A stretch of 64,000 bases of DNA from Myxococcota bacterium. Its GTDB lineage: Bacteria; UBA10199; JACPAL01; GCA-016699445. The stretch spans positions 5,599 to 69,598 of the forward strand of contig JBPOJN010000014.1 of the NCBI GenBank assembly GCA_052033505.1. The letters are read 5' to 3'. Under the pieces are notes generated by a model. That model saw only the letters and a program-made list of their open reading frames with translations. It did not search any database and was not told the origin of the DNA. Shown here in pieces: positions 1 to 11,180 of this stretch (within the stretch, counting starts at the first letter, position 1; every line of letters begins with the position of its first letter). A program made the position numbers and the translations under genes.

Positions 1-44
1 CCGCTACGCCATGTCGTCGATGAACCACAAAATCATCAAGGGAT

Positions 45-1160
45 TCATTGCGGCAGGGCCGGATCTTCCATCATCGGATACGGATCGCTGTCTAACGCTT
101 TCATGAAGGCCACGAGATCCGCTTTTTCCTGATCGTTCAAATTCAAGGGCTCCATGCGCACGTCGAGGTTCGGATTTTTTATGCCGCCTTTATTGTAGAA
201 TTCCACGACCGCTTCCAGAGTCGTCTCCGATCCGTCGTGCATGTAGGGGCCGGTCTTCGTGATGTCGCGCACGGTCGGAGTCTTGAACGCGCCTTTGTCT
301 TCCTTGGCCTTCGTGACCGCAAAGCGGCCCATGTCAGGTTTCGGTTTCGATTGTCCCACGCCTAAGTTGTGAAACATGCTGTCGGAAAAATTCGGGCCCG
401 CGTGGCAGCGCGTGCAATTGGCCTTGCCGAAGAAAAGATCGCGGCCGCGGATTTCGGAGGCGTTCATGGCATCGGCCTCGCCGAACGTGTATCGGTCGTA
501 TTTGGAATTTCCACCCAGGACCGTTCGCTCAAAAGAGGCGATGGCCTTGGCGATCCTGTCTTTATCGATGCCGGGGCTGCCGAAGGCTTTTTCAAAATAA
601 GACGCATAACCCGCGATCGATCCGCAGGCTTTCACGACGTTGTCGTGGGAAGGGTTGCCCATTTCGAGCATGTTCACCAAAGGCCCGAGCGATTGTTCTT
701 CAAGCGTCGCCGCACGTCCGTCCCAAAACTGCAATCCCATGTAAGTCGCATTCACGACCGTCGGCGCGCTTAAGCCGCCTTTCTTGCCGTGGATGCCGGT
801 CGAAACGACAGCGTTGTCGGTCCATCCCATTTTGGGATTGTGGCAGCTTGCGCACGACACCGTCCCATCGGCCGAGAGGCGTTTGTCAAAATATAGCATG
901 CGTCCCAATTCGACTTTTTCCGGCGTCAGCGGATTATCCGCCGGTATGTTCAAGTTTTCGTAGTCGAGACCCAACGGCACTTTCACGAAAGGGGCCTCTT
1001 TGGCGGGATTAAAGGCCGGGATCGTTTTCGCCGTTTCCGCAGCAGCGGCAGGAGGATTAGTCGTTGCCGGATTGAGAGAAGTAGCAGGAGCCTTCTGCGA
1101 TTCGTTGCCGCAAGACGCGGCGACGAGAGCAAAAAAAATCAAAAGAACGAAATTTTTCAT
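45..1160 (-). CDS. di-heme cytochrome c peroxidase (CCP/MauG family), probable lipoprotein
   Basis: Two heme-binding CxxCH motifs (CASCH, CTRCH) spaced as in bacterial CCPs. N-terminus MKNFVLLIFFALVAASCGN has a lipobox-like LVAASC. Confidence 0.85.
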   Translation of the reverse strand: MKNFVLLIFFALVAASCGNESQKAPATSLNPATTNPPAAAAETAKTIPAFNPAKEAPFVKVPLGLDYENLNIPADNPLTPEKVELGRMLYFDKRLSADGTVSCASCHNPKMGWTDNAVVSTGIHGKKGGLSAPTVVNATYMGLQFWDGRAATLEEQSLGPLVNMLEMGNPSHDNVVKACGSIAGYASYFEKAFGSPGIDKDRIAKAIASFERTVLGGNSKYDRYTFGEADAMNASEIRGRDLFFGKANCTRCHAGPNFSDSMFHNLGVGQSKPKPDMGRFAVTKAKEDKGAFKTPTVRDITKTGPYMHDGSETTLEAVVEFYNKGGIKNPNLDVRMEPLNLNDQEKADLVAFMKALDSDPYPMMEDPALPQ

Positions 1161-1236
1161 GGTCTCCCCTTTGTGCGGTATCTTCCCGCCGAATTGTCAT
1201 TATTAGGGGACGAATGAAAACAAAAAATTTACGGGA

Positions 1237-2634
1237 TTAGGACTTGGCAGCACGAGGGTGGATGATCTCTTCCCATACCGCAAGATGCTCAGCCTTCGGA
1301 GGTAGTGGAATTCCCGCTTTTGCCATGACGTCTATGATCTCCTGCTGAGATTTTTTCCCGAAATTTCTTGGTTTTGGTGTTTCGTCCCAACGGTGGATAA
1401 GTTCCCCGACATACTTGATATTTGCATTCTGAATGGCATTTGCCACCCTTGTCGAAAAGGCGAAGCCACTGACTTCCAAAAACAACACTTCTTTTATGAG
1501 CCTGGAGTCCAGCAATCTTCGTACGCGCTGAGGACTATGAGTGTATCGATTTATTTCTTCCCTGAGACGGTTGCTGTTTGTGCGTATCGTTTTGTCGTTC
1601 TCTTCATAGCCATGTCCCTGCGGCAACATAGGTTTATAGGGCATGAGAGAGCAGCCGAATTTTTCGATCAGCAAGGCTATCTGTGTCAGGACCGTAGGGC
1701 TTAATTCTCTTTTCAGATCACAGGCCCAGCCATCCGATTGAAATCGGAGAGGGATATGAAATTCATGCTCGCGCTCATCTATTGTATTTTGCCGAATACA
1801 GATGGCTATACTTTCGGATGAAGCTGCCGCGATATCTTCTGGGATGAGATGAAGGTCTGCCGGCGAAACGGGCTGTTCGCCTTTAACGATTGCCAGATAT
1901 AACTGATCGTTGAGCTGCGGGTCTTGGCCATTTAGGGCCTGAGAGATGGCTTTTTGTAACCTCTCGGCATTGGATCGCTGTGGAATGGCGGCCGGGAGCT
2001 TCGGAGATACGGCAGAAAAGAAGGTGTTATTTAAAGCTTTAAGGAGAGGGGTGAGCAGCTCTCCTTCGATCCCGCTTCCTTGAAGAGTTTTCATATCAAT
2101 TGGGGTGAGCTTCAAGGATCGTAGCGTCCCCTCAGAAACAAAACAAAAAGCGGCTCCTAACGCCGAGGCTATATCCGCCAGTACGGTCATCAGTTCTGGA
2201 TCGTTGGCCGCAGTGGCGGGCGTTGAGACGAAGGGAGTCGGAGAGAAAGGCGATAAGCGGGGCGCGAAGCCCCTCAAAGGACCGGCGAAATTACCATCTA
2301 TGCCGCCGGTTATGAACTTGTGAATAAATAAACCGACTAAGCCTGGTGAGTATTCTCTAATCGGTGAAGCTTTTTCTGTCTCGAGCCAGGGGTGAATTGG
2401 TGTCGGCAATAGAGGTTTTCGTGTGTCTAAATATCCAGTGATGGTCGCATATTCCGTATCATTCGAGAGACGACCTGCCTCTGCCAGCCTGGGGATTTGG
2501 TATAGGGGAACGGCTTTATCTTGAACGGCGAAAATTCTACCTTCCGCTACGAACAATCCTGCGGCGTTTAGATCTCTCGCGAGATGGCTCAGTGAAAAGC
2601 CAAGCTGTGTGGCTCCTAATAATTGCTTTTGCAT
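1237..2634 (-). CDS. hypothetical protein with C-terminal RNA polymerase alpha-subunit CTD-like (HhH) domain
   Basis: The last ~65 aa (LFLEVSGFAFSTRVANAIQNANIKYVGELIHRWDETPKPRNFGKKSQQEIIDVMAKAGIPL) follow the alpha-CTD pattern (RSANCL...I.YIGDL......L...PNFGKKSL.EI...L...GL). The N-terminal 400 aa has no recognisable family. Confidence 0.5.
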   Translation of the reverse strand: MQKQLLGATQLGFSLSHLARDLNAAGLFVAEGRIFAVQDKAVPLYQIPRLAEAGRLSNDTEYATITGYLDTRKPLLPTPIHPWLETEKASPIREYSPGLVGLFIHKFITGGIDGNFAGPLRGFAPRLSPFSPTPFVSTPATAANDPELMTVLADIASALGAAFCFVSEGTLRSLKLTPIDMKTLQGSGIEGELLTPLLKALNNTFFSAVSPKLPAAIPQRSNAERLQKAISQALNGQDPQLNDQLYLAIVKGEQPVSPADLHLIPEDIAAASSESIAICIRQNTIDEREHEFHIPLRFQSDGWACDLKRELSPTVLTQIALLIEKFGCSLMPYKPMLPQGHGYEENDKTIRTNSNRLREEINRYTHSPQRVRRLLDSRLIKEVLFLEVSGFAFSTRVANAIQNANIKYVGELIHRWDETPKPRNFGKKSQQEIIDVMAKAGIPLPPKAEHLAVWEEIIHPRAAKS

Positions 2635-2762
2635 ATCGTCTCCTGGTGGATCTTTCGTCGTTAGCTCAAGAAAGTTGTTGGAAAACAGGTAATGACCAAA
2701 AGACCTCGAATCAAGGGTTTAAGGAGTCTTGATTTGTTACCGCGCTACAGTAGAGCTGAGTT

Positions 2763-3224
2763 ATGCCTCCTCAATACTGGCTCCTGAAATCCGAACCCGG
2801 ATCCTATTCGATCGACGATCTGAAAAAAGACTGCAAGACGGCCTGGACCGGAGTGCGCAATTACCAAGCGCGGAATTTCATGCGCGACCAAATGAAGGTC
2901 GGCGATCTCGTCCTGTTTTATCATTCGAACGCCGAACCGCCCGGAGTTGCCGGCATCGCGCGCGTCTGTTCCGGCGCTCATCCGGACGAGAGCGCGTGGG
3001 ACGAGAACGACACGCATTATGATCCTCGTTCGACGAAGGAAAAGCCCGTTTGGATGCTGGTCGACGTAGAATTCGTCGAGAAATTCAAACGTTTCGTTTC
3101 TTTGGAAGAGATTAAAAATGAACCGAAGCTTGCGGGAATGCTCGTCCTCAAAAAAGGCCAACGTTTATCGGTGCAGCCGGTCGAAAGAGGGCATTTCGAA
3201 GTTTTGCGGAAAATGGGTTCTTAA
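2763..3224 (+). CDS. EVE domain (PUA-like) protein
   Basis: MPPQYWLLKSEPGSYSIDDL...WTGVRNYQARNFMRDQMKVGDLVLFYHS is the typical EVE/DUF55 N-terminal signature. Size (153 aa) fits a standalone EVE protein. Confidence 0.75.
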   Translation: MPPQYWLLKSEPGSYSIDDLKKDCKTAWTGVRNYQARNFMRDQMKVGDLVLFYHSNAEPPGVAGIARVCSGAHPDESAWDENDTHYDPRSTKEKPVWMLVDVEFVEKFKRFVSLEEIKNEPKLAGMLVLKKGQRLSVQPVERGHFEVLRKMGS

Positions 3225-3229
3225 AGGTC

Positions 3230-4432
3230 CTACAGCGTGAAATCCACCGAGATCGCATCGTGATCCGAGGCGGGGACGCCGTTGTGACGTAAGTCGCCCC
3301 AAACGCGAGGACGGACGCTTGCGCCTTTGAGCGCGGATTTGGCTTCGCCGTCGTTCAAAACCTTCAAGCCTTTTTGAGCAAACCAATCGAGCTTGAATGA
3401 GCACCTTCCGCCATAATCTTTCAAATCCCATTCCACGAAACGGAAACACCAGAGCGGGATCCAGTCGCGCAGGGACTTGAACTGCTTGAGGTCCTCGATG
3501 CTGTAGTGGTTCGTGCAGACGCCGAGTTCGTTGCAGTCTTTATAAGTGAAACCGTTCTTTTCCAGCATTCGGAAAAGCGCTTTTTCGAAATACAGGTCGG
3601 GATTTGGGTAATGCCGTTTCATCATGCGGTGGATGCCGACGCCCACGCGGACCCAGAAGCCGATGATGGAAGAGGTCGCATTATGTGAGTCATAAGTCGA
3701 CGTGTTCCAGTCGCCGCCCATGAGCGCGGTGGTCACTTTTTCCTCGTTCATGGCTTTTACCACCGCTTCAATTTCGTTCTTACGCGTCTTCTGCGTCGAA
3801 CGCATGTTCACGTGCTGGCAGGCTACCCGCAATTCGTGTCCCGCGAAGTTGATGGTCGCGATCAAGACGCGCTGCGTGCCCAGGCGCTTTTCCTTCCCGC
3901 TCATTTTATCGTGCGGGTTCGGGACGGAAACGATGCGGGGTTTGAGGATCGGGTAGCGCGAGAGGATGGCGTTGCCGTGTAAGCCCAGTTCGTTCTCGCC
4001 TTCCATGTCGCGTTCGGGACCGTTGCCTTTTTCGAGGTTTAAGTAAGATGGTGCGAAGAAGTAATTCATTCCCAAGGCCTTCGCCAGATCGCGTGCGACG
4101 TTGCGGTTACGCGAGCGGGCCATACCTAGGTCGGTTTCGGTGAGCAGCAGTACGTCCGCACCTGACATGACGTCGTGATTTTTCAGGAAATGCAGGATTT
4201 CTTCGTAGCAGGTACCACGCTCGACGTTCCAAGCGACGGCGCGGTAGTAGTTTTCCGGGGCGGGCATCGCGTGGTCGGCCGTCATCTCGAAGCTGTGCAG
4301 GACCTTCAGGATGCGAGGCTTCAAATCTTGATACAGCCGCGATTGTTCGAGCGAATTCGTCGAATTAAAACCCAAAAGAGCGGGTAGCTCCGTATGCAGG
4401 TCGTGCAGGATTTGCGGGGTGTGCTCGAACAT
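3230..4432 (-). CDS. endonuclease/exonuclease/phosphatase (EEP) family protein
   Basis: EEP hallmarks are present: AWNVERG near the N-terminus, DVLLLTE (catalytic Glu context), and C-terminal SDHDAISVDF (SDH motif). The ORF track extends this ORF to 5137, but that extension is antisense to gltB. Start was chosen at Met236 (MFEHTPQ, 4432); Met at MTADHAMPAPENYY is an alternative. Confidence 0.65.
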   Translation of the reverse strand: MFEHTPQILHDLHTELPALLGFNSTNSLEQSRLYQDLKPRILKVLHSFEMTADHAMPAPENYYRAVAWNVERGTCYEEILHFLKNHDVMSGADVLLLTETDLGMARSRNRNVARDLAKALGMNYFFAPSYLNLEKGNGPERDMEGENELGLHGNAILSRYPILKPRIVSVPNPHDKMSGKEKRLGTQRVLIATINFAGHELRVACQHVNMRSTQKTRKNEIEAVVKAMNEEKVTTALMGGDWNTSTYDSHNATSSIIGFWVRVGVGIHRMMKRHYPNPDLYFEKALFRMLEKNGFTYKDCNELGVCTNHYSIEDLKQFKSLRDWIPLWCFRFVEWDLKDYGGRCSFKLDWFAQKGLKVLNDGEAKSALKGASVRPRVWGDLRHNGVPASDHDAISVDFTL

Positions 4433-4615
4433 TTTGGACGAGTTAAAGTCGGGTGCTAGAGGTGTCAACACAAGAAGCGCAACTTCGGCCGTCGAGGGAC
4501 GAGACCTAAACTGTTCTTTTTGAATGCAAAAAGGGCTGGACAGGAAGATTCCTATGGTTTTTACCTTAGGATTCCCCCATCCATGTCCATGGACTGGTTT
4601 TTTTAAGGAGTTCGT

Positions 4616-7600
4616 ATGTTTGTGCGCGGTTTGCCGAAGAAACAAGGTTTGTACGATCCCAGGTTCGAACACGACGCGTGCGGCGTAGGTTTCGTCGCGC
4701 ACATGAAGGGCCGCAAGTCCCATGACATCGTCAAAAACGGCCTGCAGATCCTGCTCAATCTCGACCACCGCGGCGCCTGCGGCGCGGAGACGAATACGGG
4801 CGACGGCGCCGGTATCCTGATCCAGGTCCCCCATAAATTCCTGATCAAGGCCTGCAAAAAAGAAGGCATCACGCTGCCGGAATTCGGCGCCTACGGCGTC
4901 GGCATGATTTTCCTGCCTCAAGACAAGAAGGTCCGCGAGGCTTGCGAGAAAAAATTCGAAGAAATCGTCAAGCAAGAAGGCCAGGTTTTCCTGGGATGGA
5001 GGACCGTCCCGACCGACGATTCGTCGTTGGGTAATACCGCCAAGGCCTCCGAGCCGGTCGTACGCCAGGCCTTCCTCCAGAGAAGCGCGTCGGTCGCCGC
5101 GGGACTGGACTGGGAGCGCAAACTCTACGTCATCCAAAAATGCGCCGAAAAGGCGATCCGTTACGGATTGAAGGACGCCGAAGGTTTTTACGTCGCGAGC
5201 CTGTCTTCACGCACCATCGTCTACAAAGGCATGCTGCTTTGCGCCCAGGTCGAGCATTTCTACCCGGACCTGGCCGACCCCGACATGGAGAGCGCGATTG
5301 CCCTGGTACATTCGCGCTTTTCGACGAACACGTTCCCCAGCTGGGAGCGTTCGCATCCGTACCGCTACATCGCGCATAACGGCGAGATCAACACGCTCCG
5401 CGGCAACGTGAACTGGATGCGCACGCGCGAGGCGATGCTGGGCGATAAAGTCTGGGGCCAGGACCTGAAGAAGATTTTCCCCGTCATCAACGAAGACGGA
5501 TCGGACTCGGCGATGTTCGACAATGCGCTCGAGCTCCTGCATCTCTCCGGCCGCTCGCTTCCGCACGCGGTCATGATGATGATTCCGGAGCCTTGGGCCA
5601 ATCACGAAAGCATGTCTGCCGAGAAAAAAGCATTCTACGAATATCACGGCTGCTTAATGGAACCTTGGGACGGACCGGCCTCGATCGCCTTCACCGACGG
5701 CACGCAGATCGGCGCGATCTTGGATCGTAACGGATTAAGGCCGTCGCGTTATTACGTCACGAAAGACGATCTCGTCATCATGGCCTCCGAAGTCGGCGTC
5801 TTGGAAGTGGCTCCCGAAAACGTGCTTCAAAAAGGCCGCCTGCAGCCGGGCCGCATGTTCTTGGTCGATACGAAAGAAGGCCGCATCATCGGCGACGATG
5901 AGATCAAGACCGAGATCGCGACCGAAAAACCTTACGCCGAGTGGCTTCAGAAGCATCTGATCGCTCTTGAAAAGCTGCCGGAGGCCCCCGAATTGCCGGA
6001 GCCCGATCACGAGACGGTTCTGCAGAGGCAACGCGCGTTCGGTTATACTTGGGAAGATCTGCGTTTCTTGATGCTGCCCATGGGCAAGAACGGTGTCGAG
6101 GCGACCGGGTCGATGGGTAACGACACGCCGCTGGCCGTATTGTCCGACAAGCCCCAGGTTCTTTACAATTATTTCAAACAGCTCTTCGCCCAGGTCACCA
6201 ATCCTCCGATCGATGCTTTACGGGAAGAAATTGTGACCGCGACCGATACGACGATCGGACCCGAAGGGGACTTGATCGATCCGAAGCCGGAAAATTGCCA
6301 TCAGATCAAATTGAAATCACCGATCTTGAGCAACGAAGAATTGGGCAAGCTCCGCCACGTGCAGCGCGAAGGTTTCCGCTCGACTACGCTGCCGATCCTC
6401 TATAGCCCCGCGGCCGACGGCACCGGTTTGGAAAAGGCCTTGGAAGATTTGTACGAAGCCGCCGACCGCGCGATCGCGGAAGGCTACACGATCATCATCC
6501 TTTCGGACCGCGGCGTGGATAAAGACCATGCGCCGATCCCGGCTTTGCTCGCGACGTCGGGCCTGCATCATCATCTGATTCGCGAAGGCAAGCGCACGCG
6601 CGTGGGGCTCATCTTGGAGACAGGAGAGCCGCGCGAGGTGCATCACTTCGCCCTGCTCGTGGGTTACGGCGTGGGCGCGGTGAATCCGTACCTGGCGTTC
6701 GAGACGTTGGATGACATGATCCGCCAGGGCATACTGACCGACACCACGCACGCGGATGCCGTGAAGAAATACCTGAAGGCCGCGACTAAAGGCGTCGTGA
6801 AAGTCCTGTCGAAGATGGGCATTTCCACGATCCAGAGCTATCGCGGCGCCCAGATTTTCGAAGCCGTGGGTTTGAGCTCATCTTTGATCGACCGCTATTT
6901 CACCGGCACGGCCTCACGCATCCAAGGCATCGGCATTAAAGAAATTTCCGAAGAAGTCCGCCAGCGCCATGCGGTTGCTTTTCCGGAACGCGCGAAAGAC
7001 CGCCCGACGCTCGACGTCGGAGGCCAATATCAGTGGCGCAAAGAAGGGGAGTATCACCTCTTCAACCCGCAGACGATCCACAAGCTCCAGCTCGCCACGC
7101 GCACGAATGACTATAAGGCGTTCAAAGACTATTCCCGTTCCGTTGACGATCAGTCGCAGAGACTCGCGACGCTGCGCGGGCTTTTGGATTTCAAATTTCC
7201 TGAAAAAGGCATTCCCATCGAGGAAGTCGAATCCGTCGACGCGATCTGTAAACGTTTCAAGACCGGAGCCATGTCCTACGGATCGATCAGCCGCGAGGCC
7301 CATGAGTCACTCGCCATCGCGATGAACCGCGTCGGTGGCAAGAGCAACACCGGTGAAGGCGGAGAAGATCCCGAACGCTTCAAGCCGATGCAAAACGGCG
7401 ACTCGAAAAACAGCGCGATCAAACAAGTAGCCTCCGGCCGTTTCGGCGTGACGAGTCATTATTTAGTCAACGCGAAGGAAATCCAGATCAAGATGGCCCA
7501 AGGCGCCAAGCCCGGCGAAGGCGGCCAGCTTCCGGGTACGAAGGTCTATCCTTGGATCGCCAAGGTCCGTCTGTCGACTCCGGGCGTGGGTCTGATTTCG

Positions 7601-9211
7601 CCGCCGCCTCATCATGATATTTACTCGATCGAAGACTTGGCCGAACTGATTCACGATTTGAAGAACGCGAATCGCGATGCGCGTATCAACGTCAAACTCG
7701 TCTCCGAAGTCGGCGTGGGCACGATCGCCGCCGGCGTCGCGAAGGCGCATGCCGACGTGGTGCTGATCAGCGGCCACGACGGCGGTACGGGCGCGTCGCC
7801 CCAGACTTCGATCAAGCACGCGGGGCTTCCGTGGGAATTAGGCCTGGCGGAGACTCATCAGACGTTAGTGCTGAATAATTTGCGTAGCCGCATCGTCGTC
7901 GAAGCGGACGGCCAGATGAAGACCGGCCGCGACGTGATCATCGCGGCGCTTCTGGGCGCCGAGGAATTCGGATTCGCGACCGCGCCCCTTGTCACATTGG
8001 GTTGCATCATGATGCGCGTCTGCCACTTGGACACCTGTCCGGTCGGCGTCGCGACGCAAAATCCCGTCCTACGCAAAAAATTCACCGGCGATCCCGCGCA
8101 TGCGGTCAACTTCATGAAATTCATCGCCCAGGAAATGCGCGAGTTGATGGCGCGTTTGGGTGTCCGCACGATCCTCGAGCTCGTCGGCCGCACGGATTTA
8201 TTGGAAGCGCGGAAAGCCGTCGCTCATTGGAAGGCGAAGGGTCTCGATCTCTCGCCTTTATTGTACCGTCCCGAAGTCGACGCGAGCGTCGGCATCTATG
8301 CGCAGGTCGTGCAGGACCACGGTATCGAACGCTCCCTGGACGTCACCAAGCTTCTGGACCTTTGTAAGCCCGCGCTCGAGCGCAAAGAAAAAGTCGAAGC
8401 GACGATTCCCATTCGGAACGTCAACCGCGTCGTCGGAACCATCCTAGGCAGCGAAGTCACCAAGAAATACGGGGCCGAAGGCCTGCCCGAGGACACGATC
8501 ACGCTTAAGTTCCAGGGTTCGGCCGGTCAAAGCTTCGGTGCGTTCGTGCCGAAGGGCGTGACCCTCGTCCTCGAAGGCGACGCGAACGACTACGTGGGCA
8601 AGGGGCTCTCGGGCGGCAAGATCATCGTGACGCCGCCGGAAGGTGCGACGTTCGTGCCCGAGGAAAACATGATCGTCGGAAACGTGGCCCTCTACGGCGC
8701 GACTTCCGGCGAAGTCTACATCCGCGGCATGGCGGGCGAGCGCTTCTGCGTGCGCAACAGCGGTGTGCACGCCGTCGTCGAGTCCATCGGCGACCACGGC
8801 TGCGAATACATGACGGGCGGCCGTGTCGTCGTCTTGGGGTCGGTCGGACGGAACTTCGCCGCCGGCATGTCGGGCGGCATCGCTTACGTACTCGACGAAG
8901 CCGGCGATCTGACGAAGAAATTGAACAAAGAATTGGTCGAGCCCGAGGCGCTTTCGGATTCTCACGAACTCGAAAACGTGAAGGCCATGATCAAGAAACA
9001 TTACGACTACACGCGCAGCCAGCGGGCCTGGAAGATCCTGTCGGCCTGGAAAGATTTTGCGCCTCGTTTCGTCAAAGTCATGCCGCGCGATTACAAGCGC
9101 GTCTTGGAAGCGATGGACCGCATCTTGGCCCAGGGCCTCTCCGGCGATGACGCCGTCATGGCGGCCTTCAAGGAAAACGCGCAAAGCTTGGTCCGCGTCG
9201 GGGGAAACTAG
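4616..9211 (+). CDS. gltB: glutamate synthase large subunit
   Basis: N-terminus [29 protein letters not shown] carries the Ntn-amidotransferase catalytic Cys. The 1531-aa length and FMN/Fe-S central and C-terminal GXGXG domain order match GltB. AAGGAG RBS lies 6 bp upstream. Confidence 0.95.
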   Translation: MFVRGLPKKQGLYDPRFEHDACGVGFVAHMKGRKSHDIVKNGLQILLNLDHRGACGAETNTGDGAGILIQVPHKFLIKACKKEGITLPEFGAYGVGMIFLPQDKKVREACEKKFEEIVKQEGQVFLGWRTVPTDDSSLGNTAKASEPVVRQAFLQRSASVAAGLDWERKLYVIQKCAEKAIRYGLKDAEGFYVASLSSRTIVYKGMLLCAQVEHFYPDLADPDMESAIALVHSRFSTNTFPSWERSHPYRYIAHNGEINTLRGNVNWMRTREAMLGDKVWGQDLKKIFPVINEDGSDSAMFDNALELLHLSGRSLPHAVMMMIPEPWANHESMSAEKKAFYEYHGCLMEPWDGPASIAFTDGTQIGAILDRNGLRPSRYYVTKDDLVIMASEVGVLEVAPENVLQKGRLQPGRMFLVDTKEGRIIGDDEIKTEIATEKPYAEWLQKHLIALEKLPEAPELPEPDHETVLQRQRAFGYTWEDLRFLMLPMGKNGVEATGSMGNDTPLAVLSDKPQVLYNYFKQLFAQVTNPPIDALREEIVTATDTTIGPEGDLIDPKPENCHQIKLKSPILSNEELGKLRHVQREGFRSTTLPILYSPAADGTGLEKALEDLYEAADRAIAEGYTIIILSDRGVDKDHAPIPALLATSGLHHHLIREGKRTRVGLILETGEPREVHHFALLVGYGVGAVNPYLAFETLDDMIRQGILTDTTHADAVKKYLKAATKGVVKVLSKMGISTIQSYRGAQIFEAVGLSSSLIDRYFTGTASRIQGIGIKEISEEVRQRHAVAFPERAKDRPTLDVGGQYQWRKEGEYHLFNPQTIHKLQLATRTNDYKAFKDYSRSVDDQSQRLATLRGLLDFKFPEKGIPIEEVESVDAICKRFKTGAMSYGSISREAHESLAIAMNRVGGKSNTGEGGEDPERFKPMQNGDSKNSAIKQVASGRFGVTSHYLVNAKEIQIKMAQGAKPGEGGQLPGTKVYPWIAKVRLSTPGVGLISPPPHHDIYSIEDLAELIHDLKNANRDARINVKLVSEVGVGTIAAGVAKAHADVVLISGHDGGTGASPQTSIKHAGLPWELGLAETHQTLVLNNLRSRIVVEADGQMKTGRDVIIAALLGAEEFGFATAPLVTLGCIMMRVCHLDTCPVGVATQNPVLRKKFTGDPAHAVNFMKFIAQEMRELMARLGVRTILELVGRTDLLEARKAVAHWKAKGLDLSPLLYRPEVDASVGIYAQVVQDHGIERSLDVTKLLDLCKPALERKEKVEATIPIRNVNRVVGTILGSEVTKKYGAEGLPEDTITLKFQGSAGQSFGAFVPKGVTLVLEGDANDYVGKGLSGGKIIVTPPEGATFVPEENMIVGNVALYGATSGEVYIRGMAGERFCVRNSGVHAVVESIGDHGCEYMTGGRVVVLGSVGRNFAAGMSGGIAYVLDEAGDLTKKLNKELVEPEALSDSHELENVKAMIKKHYDYTRSQRAWKILSAWKDFAPRFVKVMPRDYKRVLEAMDRILAQGLSGDDAVMAAFKENAQSLVRVGGN

Positions 9212-9306
9212 TGAACGCAGGAGGGTTTCCCTCCGCAGTGAACGATTCAACAACGATTTAACAGATGGAGGGTTCGGGAGGAGAGCGGTATCTCCTCCTG
9301 ATTATT

Positions 9307-10788
<1,482 letters not shown>

Positions 10789-10867
10789 ATTTAAAAGGGA
10801 AAAACAGTTGCCAGCGAAAAACGTATGGAGTAGCTCCCAGCCCTCTATTTTAATTTAAGGATATATT

Positions 10868-11050
10868 ATGCCGGTTCCCCGTAGAAAAACGTCCCGTCAA
10901 AAAAGAGATACACGACGGTCCCATCAACATCTGCAAAGCCAGCAGGTCCAGCGTTGCAAGCGCTGCGGCAGCCCCCGCATGTCCCATCGCGTGTGCCCGT
11001 CCTGCGGTTTTCTGGGCGATAAAGAGATCTTCCGCATCGAAGAAAAGTAG
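10868..11050 (+). CDS. rpmF: 50S ribosomal protein L32
   Basis: MPVPRRKTSRQKRDTRRSHQHL...CKRCGSPRMSHRVCPSCGF matches the L32 consensus (MAVPKRRTSKSRKRKRRTH...C..CG..K.SHRVC..CG). AAGGA RBS upstream. Confidence 0.85.
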   Translation: MPVPRRKTSRQKRDTRRSHQHLQSQQVQRCKRCGSPRMSHRVCPSCGFLGDKEIFRIEEK

Positions 11051-11180
11051 GCGAGAAGTAGGCCTTTTTCGTTCCTCTATTCACCTGAATACGCATTTCC
11101 CGAAGCTCCCAGAACCTTCATTGACAGCACAGCGTCTTGTGGTGCCTAATTTATCCAGTAGACTTTAACCGGGAGAACTC

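Noticed and set aside
4433-4615. Searched the gltB leader for a sigma-54 (TGGCAC-N5-TTGC) promoter or riboswitch-like structure
   Set aside because: No convincing -24/-12 element or conserved structured motif could be identified by eye.
4433-5137. 5' extension of the EEP ORF (3230..5137) and other ORFs at 4603..4872, 4918..5121 and 5207..5647 overlapping gltB
   Set aside because: They lie antisense to, or overlap, a strongly supported gltB. No RBS is present and they are high-GC mirror-frame artefacts. The EEP gene was trimmed to Met236.
5735-9253. Numerous 60-270-aa ORFs antisense to gltB (e.g. 6317..6751, 6914..7303, 7463..7819, 8444..9253)
   Set aside because: These are typical long antisense ORFs of GC-rich coding DNA. 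They are Arg/Ala-rich and carry no motifs. gltB occupies the sense strand continuously.
11051-11180. Possible sigma-70 promoter (TTGACA ... TAATTT) upstream of the 7-repeat protein gene
   Set aside because: Spacer and -10 quality are marginal and nothing corroborates it. Not reported as a feature.
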